Below are positions 58,628-64,000 of a stretch of DNA of 64,000 nt, piece by piece; position 1 is the first letter of the stretch; every line of letters starts with the position of its first letter. Under the pieces are notes generated by a model. The model had not been told where the DNA came from, ran no database searches, and saw nothing but the letters and a program-made list of their open reading frames with translations. The position numbers and the translations under genes were made by a program. Origin of the DNA: Alphaproteobacteria bacterium (GTDB lineage: Bacteria; Pseudomonadota; Alphaproteobacteria; MPNO01); the NCBI GenBank assembly GCA_965248835.1, contig CBDFLJ010000002.1:1952001-2016000 (forward strand), written 5' to 3'.

Positions 58628-59911
58628 ATGGATGGGGATGAGCGCGCAGACCGGGGCGCAACCGACCTCGAGAACGCGGCTGCGGTCTGGCTGAAAACGG
58701 GCTATGTGCCGAGCCTTCGCGGACCCGGGCCGGGTGTGTTTGCTCTCGGGCTGGCCGGGTTCGCGGGTGTGCTGGCTTTGCTGTTCCCGGGACCGGACGC
58801 CGCCTTTGGCGCCGGACTGGCCGCCGGTGCCGGCACCCTGGCCTTCGCCCTGAAATCACGGCCATACCGGCAGGAATCCGTGCTGCTGGTCGCGATGGCG
58901 GTGCTGATCATCGTCTGGGTCTCATGCCTGAAGTCGACGCCCGCATTCGATGGCACGCTGAACCGCATCGCCGCCATCGGCGCGGCCTGCGTGATCGTCG
59001 GGCTGGCCCGTTTCGTCGCGCTCCGCCGCCATGCGCTGCAATCCATCGCCGAGGCGAGTGCGGATTGGACCGTCGGCGACATGGTCGCCTATGCGGAGTT
59101 CCTGCTCGACCGGCGGCCCTGCCCGGGCGCCGACGACGCGGCGCGGGCGCTCTACCAGCGGGCAGCGGAAATGCTGCTGGACAAACCCTGGCACGAACGG
59201 CGCGACATCAAGGTGATCGAACGCTTCGCGGGCCTGCTGAGCGAGCGGGCGCCGAGCGCCGCGGATATGGACGTCGCCCGCATCTGGCGCGACCACGCGC
59301 GCGCACTGGGCGCGTTCGCCATCGACACCGACGAGCCCGCCCCCGGCGCCCCGCGCAATGTCTACGAAGCCGATGACAGGAACCCACGGACGGGTTTCGA
59401 TGATTTCGGCTTCCGCCGCGGCATCCCGGTGTGGCGGCTCAAAGTGGCCAACCCGGATTCCCTGCTGGACGGCGAGGCGGTGTTCCGCGCGTTCCTGCTG
59501 CCGGAGGGGGCGCTGCTGGCGTGCCTGGTCCGGTTCGAGAGCGTGGTCGACCGCACCGTGCTGGTCCATCGGGTGTTCGACGTCTCCGATCCGTCGGTGG
59601 AGACCTATATGGCCGGGTCGGAGCACCATCTGCGTTGGCGCATCGAGATGTATGACGCCAAGCAGGTCGGCAGCACCGACCTCGTTCCGGCGCGCGAGCC
59701 CGATGCCGTGCGCGAGGTCGACCTGAAAGACAGCGGCCTGATGGCCGCGTTCGAGCAGGTGCTGGCCCACAACGCGGCGCTCGGGGTGCATGCCGACATC
59801 GGATCGGCCTACGCCTTCCTGACCGCGACCTTCCGGGAATACACGGCGAGCTACGGCATCGAAGCCGCGTGGTCAGCCCTGGAAGCCGCCTGCGCGCGGG
59901 TATCCGATTAG
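58628..59911 (+). CDS. Hypothetical membrane protein (4 N-terminal TM + soluble domain)
   Basis: Long ORF with GC3-biased codons; four hydrophobic segments then a helical and a beta-rich region; start uncertain. Confidence 0.65.
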   Translation: MDGDERADRGATDLENAAAVWLKTGYVPSLRGPGPGVFALGLAGFAGVLALLFPGPDAAFGAGLAAGAGTLAFALKSRPYRQESVLLVAMAVLIIVWVSCLKSTPAFDGTLNRIAAIGAACVIVGLARFVALRRHALQSIAEASADWTVGDMVAYAEFLLDRRPCPGADDAARALYQRAAEMLLDKPWHERRDIKVIERFAGLLSERAPSAADMDVARIWRDHARALGAFAIDTDEPAPGAPRNVYEADDRNPRTGFDDFGFRRGIPVWRLKVANPDSLLDGEAVFRAFLLPEGALLACLVRFESVVDRTVLVHRVFDVSDPSVETYMAGSEHHLRWRIEMYDAKQVGSTDLVPAREPDAVREVDLKDSGLMAAFEQVLAHNAALGVHADIGSAYAFLTATFREYTASYGIEAAWSALEAACARVSD

Positions 59912-60429
59912 CCGGTCCCGCTGCCGATCCCCCGGACCAGCGCCTCGGGGACGACGGCGCAGGCGCCGACCCGGGCGGCGGCAAGCTGCCCGGCCGACAG
60001 GTCGAGGACCGCGCCCAGATCCATGCGATCGAACAGCGCTTCGTGGAGGCGGGCGCCCAGCAAGCTCGCGCCGGCGAGCCGCGCGCCGGCCATGTTGGCG
60101 CCGGTCAAATCGGCCCGGACAAGCTCGGCATCCCTCAGGTCGGCATCGCGCAGGTCGGCATGTTTGAGATCGGTGTCATGGAGGAACGCTCCGCGCAAGT
60201 CCGCGTGCGCGAAATCCGCCCCCTGCAGCCGCGCCCGGCGCAGCTCGGCCCGGCGCAGACTGGCGCCGGCAAAGATCGCCCCATCCAGCGTGTGGCCGTG
60301 GAGGTTCACGCCATCGAGCGCGGCATCACGGAAGTCGGCCCGGGCACCGCTGCCGCCCCGGCTCAGCACCCAGGCCAGGTGCTGCTGGAAAAGCCGTTGG
60401 AACGCCGCGCCGGCGATCGGTCGGTTCAT
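59908..60429 (-). CDS. Pentapeptide repeat protein
   Basis: H..WV...G..G.RADF then A(D/N)LxxA(D/E)L repeats; RBS GAGGAG. Confidence 0.85.
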   Translation of the reverse strand: MNRPIAGAAFQRLFQQHLAWVLSRGGSGARADFRDAALDGVNLHGHTLDGAIFAGASLRRAELRRARLQGADFAHADLRGAFLHDTDLKHADLRDADLRDAELVRADLTGANMAGARLAGASLLGARLHEALFDRMDLGAVLDLSAGQLAAARVGACAVVPEALVRGIGSGTG

Positions 60430-60926
60430 GACGTTGCGCCCCTCTCCTCGGGTCCGGCGCCTCAGGCGGGCGGCTATGCCGGAAGGAGGAAACGCCGGAC
60501 CAGACGGGCAAGTCTTCGCATGACAATGTCTGCCGCGCAATGGCGCCGCATGCGATAGAACGACACCGAAATCATCGACGCCTCCGTCGGTTGCCGCCCA
60601 ACGGTTAGAGCCGGATTGCGGCGTCATTATGAAGAGATTGCCGCAAATCAATGGCGGCTGCCGCCCCGATCGCCGCACCGGCTTGTGTTGATCGGTCTTC
60701 TCCGGAGCCTTATGATGCGGCAACTCAAGACAAGGTGGCCTCAGAGAGGGTGGGAGAACGAGCCCGACCGAAAGGGTGGGCAATGAAGCGGCCGAACTGG
60801 CCGATTTCAGGCAGCGATCCGACCGGCACCGGTATAAATTGCCATGTCGGCGCCGCAATCGGGTTCCAGGTGAGCGCCGGGAGGAGCCGTTCCGCAGACG
60901 CCGCAGCGTAAAGAAGAATTCCCGCG

Positions 60927-61432
60927 ATGACGCCAGCAAACCTCTACCAGCCCGCACGCCCGCTACGGCGAGGCCGCCGTCTCCCGGTCGTCGCAACCGC
61001 GTTGACCGCGCTGCTGGTCGGCGCCTGTTCCGTCAATCCCATGAATTGGATCCGCAGCGGCGACAAAGCCGCCGCCAAGGCGGAGACCGGACCCGTCACC
61101 GGCAACGCGTTCTCGCCTTTGGCCCCGGGCCCGGAAGCGCCCGCGCCGATCACCGCCGAAGAACGCAAGCAGATGGCCGGGAAGCTGATCGCGGACCGCG
61201 AAAACGCCCGCTATACCGACGAGGTCATCCGCCGCCAGAGCGAGGAGCTGACCCCACCGCCCGGCGGCCTTGACGCCGCGCGGGAGCCCGCATCTTGATG
61301 TCGATGGGCGTGCCCGAGCAGTCGATCTTGCTCCGCATGCCGTCGGACGGACAGCCGCGCCATTCCGAGGCCACACCCTCGGAGGAAGCGGCCGACGGGA
61401 GTGTCGCGGTCTTCCTTGACCGTTCGGGATGA
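60927..61432 (+). pseudogene. OmpA-family lipoprotein with internal deletion/frameshift
   Basis: Lipobox LVGAC and LIADRENARYTDE in ORF 60927-61298; OmpA-C-like tail ARILMSMGVPEQSI....SDGQP..SEATPSEEA...VAVFLD in another frame, ending 61432. Confidence 0.6.
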
Positions 61433-61478
61433 GGCAGCCGCCATCGCAGTGCGGCAATGAAAGGAGCATGACCCAGAC

Positions 61479-62741
61479 GTGCCGGAGTCAAATGACCCAG
61501 TGATCCCGCCGATCGACCGGAACCAGGATTTCTACCGCATTCAGCGCCTTCCGCCCTATGTGTTTGCCGAGGTCAATGCGATGAAGGCCAAGGCGCGCGC
61601 GGCCGGCCATGACATCATCGATTTCGGCATGGGGAACCCCGACAACCCGACGCCGCAACACGTCGTAGAAAAGTTGATCGAGGCGGTCCAGAACCCGCGC
61701 ACCCACCGCTACTCGAATTCCCGGGGAATCCCCGGGCTGCGGCGCGCGGTGGCGGCCTATTACGATCGGCGTTTCGGAGTCGACATCGACCCCGAGCGCG
61801 AAGCCATCGTCACCTTGGGATCAAAGGAGGGGTTCGCCAACCTCGCGATGGCGATCACCAGCCCCGGCGACGTGGTGATCGTCCCCAACCCGTCCTATCC
61901 GATCCATGCCTATGGCTTCATCATCGCCGGCGGGGCGCTGCGCCACGTGCCGGTCGGGCCGGGCATCGATTTCCTGGCCGAACTCGAGCGTGCGGCCCGC
62001 TACAGCGTCCCCTCCCCGATCGCGGTGATCATCAATTTCCCCGCCAACCCGACCGCGCATACCGTCGACCTCGCCTTCTACGAGCGGGTCGTCGATTTCT
62101 GCCGGCGGCGCGGGATCTACATCATCTCCGACCTCGCCTATGCCGAGATTTACTTCGATGACAACCCGCCGCCGTCGGTCCTGCAGATCCCCGGCGCCAA
62201 GGATATCGCGGTGGAGTTCACCTCGCTCAGCAAGAGCTACTCGATGCCCGGCTGGCGCATCGGTTTCGCGATCGGCAACGCTCGGCTGATCGAAGCCCTG
62301 GCGCGGGTGAAGTCCTATCTCGATTACGGCGCGTTCACGCCGATCCAGGTCGCGGCCACCGCCGCGCTCAACGGCCCGCAGGATTGCCTCGATCAGGTGC
62401 GCGCGCTGTATAAGCGCCGGCGCGACGTGCTGGTCGAGAGCTTCGCCGCCGCCGGCTGGCAGATTCCGCCGCCTACGGCGACGATGTTCGCCTGGGCGCC
62501 GATCCCGCCCCGGTTCTCCAACATCGGTTCTCTGGGATTCTCAAAGCTGCTGCTGAGCGAAGCCGGCGTGGCGGTCTCCCCCGGCGGCGGCTTCGGCGAG
62601 TACGGCGAGAGCCACGTTCGGATCGCGATGGTCGAGAACAGGCATCGGATCCGCCAGGCCGCGCGCAGCATCAGACGCTTTCTGTCGACGACGCCGGACG
62701 ACCGGCCGGCCGCGCAAGCCCCCGCGGCGGCGGCGCGGTGA
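61479..62741 (+). CDS. alaC: Class I PLP aminotransferase (AlaC/LL-DAP aminotransferase-like)
   Basis: RLPPYVF, DFGMGNPD, GSKEG, SDLAY, SLSKSYSMPGWRIG. Confidence 0.9.
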   Translation: MPESNDPVIPPIDRNQDFYRIQRLPPYVFAEVNAMKAKARAAGHDIIDFGMGNPDNPTPQHVVEKLIEAVQNPRTHRYSNSRGIPGLRRAVAAYYDRRFGVDIDPEREAIVTLGSKEGFANLAMAITSPGDVVIVPNPSYPIHAYGFIIAGGALRHVPVGPGIDFLAELERAARYSVPSPIAVIINFPANPTAHTVDLAFYERVVDFCRRRGIYIISDLAYAEIYFDDNPPPSVLQIPGAKDIAVEFTSLSKSYSMPGWRIGFAIGNARLIEALARVKSYLDYGAFTPIQVAATAALNGPQDCLDQVRALYKRRRDVLVESFAAAGWQIPPPTATMFAWAPIPPRFSNIGSLGFSKLLLSEAGVAVSPGGGFGEYGESHVRIAMVENRHRIRQAARSIRRFLSTTPDDRPAAQAPAAAAR

Positions 62742-64000
62742 AGGAGCCGCTCAAGGTCGCCGTCGCGGGTCTGGGCACCGTCGGCGCCGAAGTCGTGCGC
62801 ATCCTGGCGCACCAGCGCGCGCTCCTGGGCCAGCGCTGCGGCCGGGAGATCGCCGTCACGGCGGTCTCCGCGCGGGATCGCGGCCGCGACCGGGGCGTGG
62901 ACATCTCCGGTTTCGCCTGGTTCGACGATGCGGCGAGGATGGCGCGAGAGGCCGAGGCGGATGTCTTCGTCGAGTTGATCGGCGGCGCGGACGGGATCGC
63001 CAAGACGGCCTGCGAAGCGGCCCTTGATGCCGGCCGCGACGTGGTGACGGCGAACAAGGCCTTGATCGCAAAGCACGGCACCGCGCTCGCCACGGCCGCC
63101 GAGGGTGCCGGGCGGACCCTGGCCTACGAGGCGGCGGTTGCCGGCGGCATCCCGATCGTCAAGGCGCTGCGCGAGGGGCTGGCCGCGAACCGGCTTTCGG
63201 CGGTCTACGGCATCCTCAACGGCACCTGCAACTACATCCTGACGACCATGCGGGAGACCGGCAGGCCGTTCCCCGACGTGCTTGCCGACGCGCAGGCCAG
63301 GGGATACGCCGAGGCGGACCCGAGCTTCGACATCGATGGGATCGATGCCGCGCACAAGCTGTCGATCCTGACGGCGCTCGCCTTCGGCGTGGAGGTCGAT
63401 TTCGACGGCGTGTATGTCGAGGGGATCCGCCACGTCTCGGCCGAGGACATCGCCTTTGCCGACGAGCTTGGCTACCGCATCAAGCTGCTCGGCATCGCGC
63501 GCCAGACCGCCAACGGCATCGAGCAGCGCGTGCACCCGTGCATGATCGCCAAGGACCAGCCGATCGCGCAGGTCGACGGTGTTTACAACGCGGTCGTCGC
63601 TTCGGGCGACTCGGTCGGCTCGACCGTGCTTGTCGGGCGCGGCGCCGGCCCCGGACCGACAGCCTCGGCCGTCGTCGCGGACCTTGCCGATATCGCCCGG
63701 GGACAGCACCTGCCCGCCTTCGCGGTCCCGGCAGGCACCCTGGTCCCGGCGGCGACGGCACCGATGGAGCGCCACCACGGCGCCTACTACATGAGGCTGA
63801 TGGTGGTCGACCGGCCCGGCGTGATCGCCGATGTCGCCGCGGCGTTGCGGGATCAGGAGATCTCGATGGAATCGATGATCCAGCGGGGCCGGAACCCGGG
63901 CGAGCAAGTCCCCGTGGTCATCACCACGCACGAGACCGGGGAGGCCGCGATGACCCGCGCGCTGGACCGGATTTCCCGGCTGGAAAGCATCGTCCAGGCG
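62738..64000 (+). CDS. hom: Homoserine dehydrogenase with C-terminal ACT domain (runs off window)
   Basis: Manual translation: GLGTVG, VVTANKAL, YEAAVAGGIP, GILNGTCNYIL, GYAEADP, GRGAGPGPTASAV, DRPGVIA. Confidence 0.95.
   Translation, partial: MKEPLKVAVAGLGTVGAEVVRILAHQRALLGQRCGREIAVTAVSARDRGRDRGVDISGFAWFDDAARMAREAEADVFVELIGGADGIAKTACEAALDAGRDVVTANKALIAKHGTALATAAEGAGRTLAYEAAVAGGIPIVKALREGLAANRLSAVYGILNGTCNYILTTMRETGRPFPDVLADAQARGYAEADPSFDIDGIDAAHKLSILTALAFGVEVDFDGVYVEGIRHVSAEDIAFADELGYRIKLLGIARQTANGIEQRVHPCMIAKDQPIAQVDGVYNAVVASGDSVGSTVLVGRGAGPGPTASAVVADLADIARGQHLPAFAVPAGTLVPAATAPMERHHGAYYMRLMVVDRPGVIADVAAALRDQEISMESMIQRGRNPGEQVPVVITTHETGEAAMTRALDRISRLESIVQA

Noticed and set aside
59908-60429. 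Qnr-type quinolone resistance
   Set aside because: Generic A(D/N)LxX pentapeptide protein; nothing specific to Qnr.
295-63931. Many long antisense or alternate-frame ORFs (e.g. 295-2133 +, 14735-16954 +, 40305-42686 +, 55310-57775 -, 62393-63931 -)
   Set aside because: Shadow ORFs typical of high-GC DNA; they overlap well-supported genes and carry no motifs.
1-64000. CRISPR array, rRNA, retron or reverse transcriptase
   Set aside because: No regularly spaced repeats, rRNA-like sequence, cas genes or RT motifs seen.

Overview
High-GC alphaproteobacterial chromosome segment (Rhodospirillales-like gene order). The conserved backbone is SPOR-argS-dgt / erpA-xth ... ilvD, valS-popZ-tolC-pcm, tRNA-Cys, tRNA-Asn and alaC-hom. 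It is interleaved with dense uncharacterised catabolic blocks: a UbiD decarboxylase, two heme-oxygenase-like diiron (HDO) enzymes, LLM and TauD oxygenases, a Mo-hydroxylase + thiolase/DUF35 + CoA-transferase operon, three 4,5-dihydroxyphthalate-decarboxylase-like paralogs, and a cupin dioxygenase with CoA ligases. A ~3.8 kb islet after tRNA-Asn holds three type II TA loci and IS5/IS21 relics. Several pseudogenes are visible at nucleotide level (Rieske oxygenase, higB, IS5 transposase, OmpA-family lipoprotein). The best candidate for an undescribed system is at 54.2-58.5 kb: a non-canonical QueG/reductive-dehalogenase-like 2x[4Fe-4S] protein followed 3 nt later by an HTH-like domain fused to an apparently inactive adenylation domain. 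All assignments come from manual motif reading; no database searches were run.
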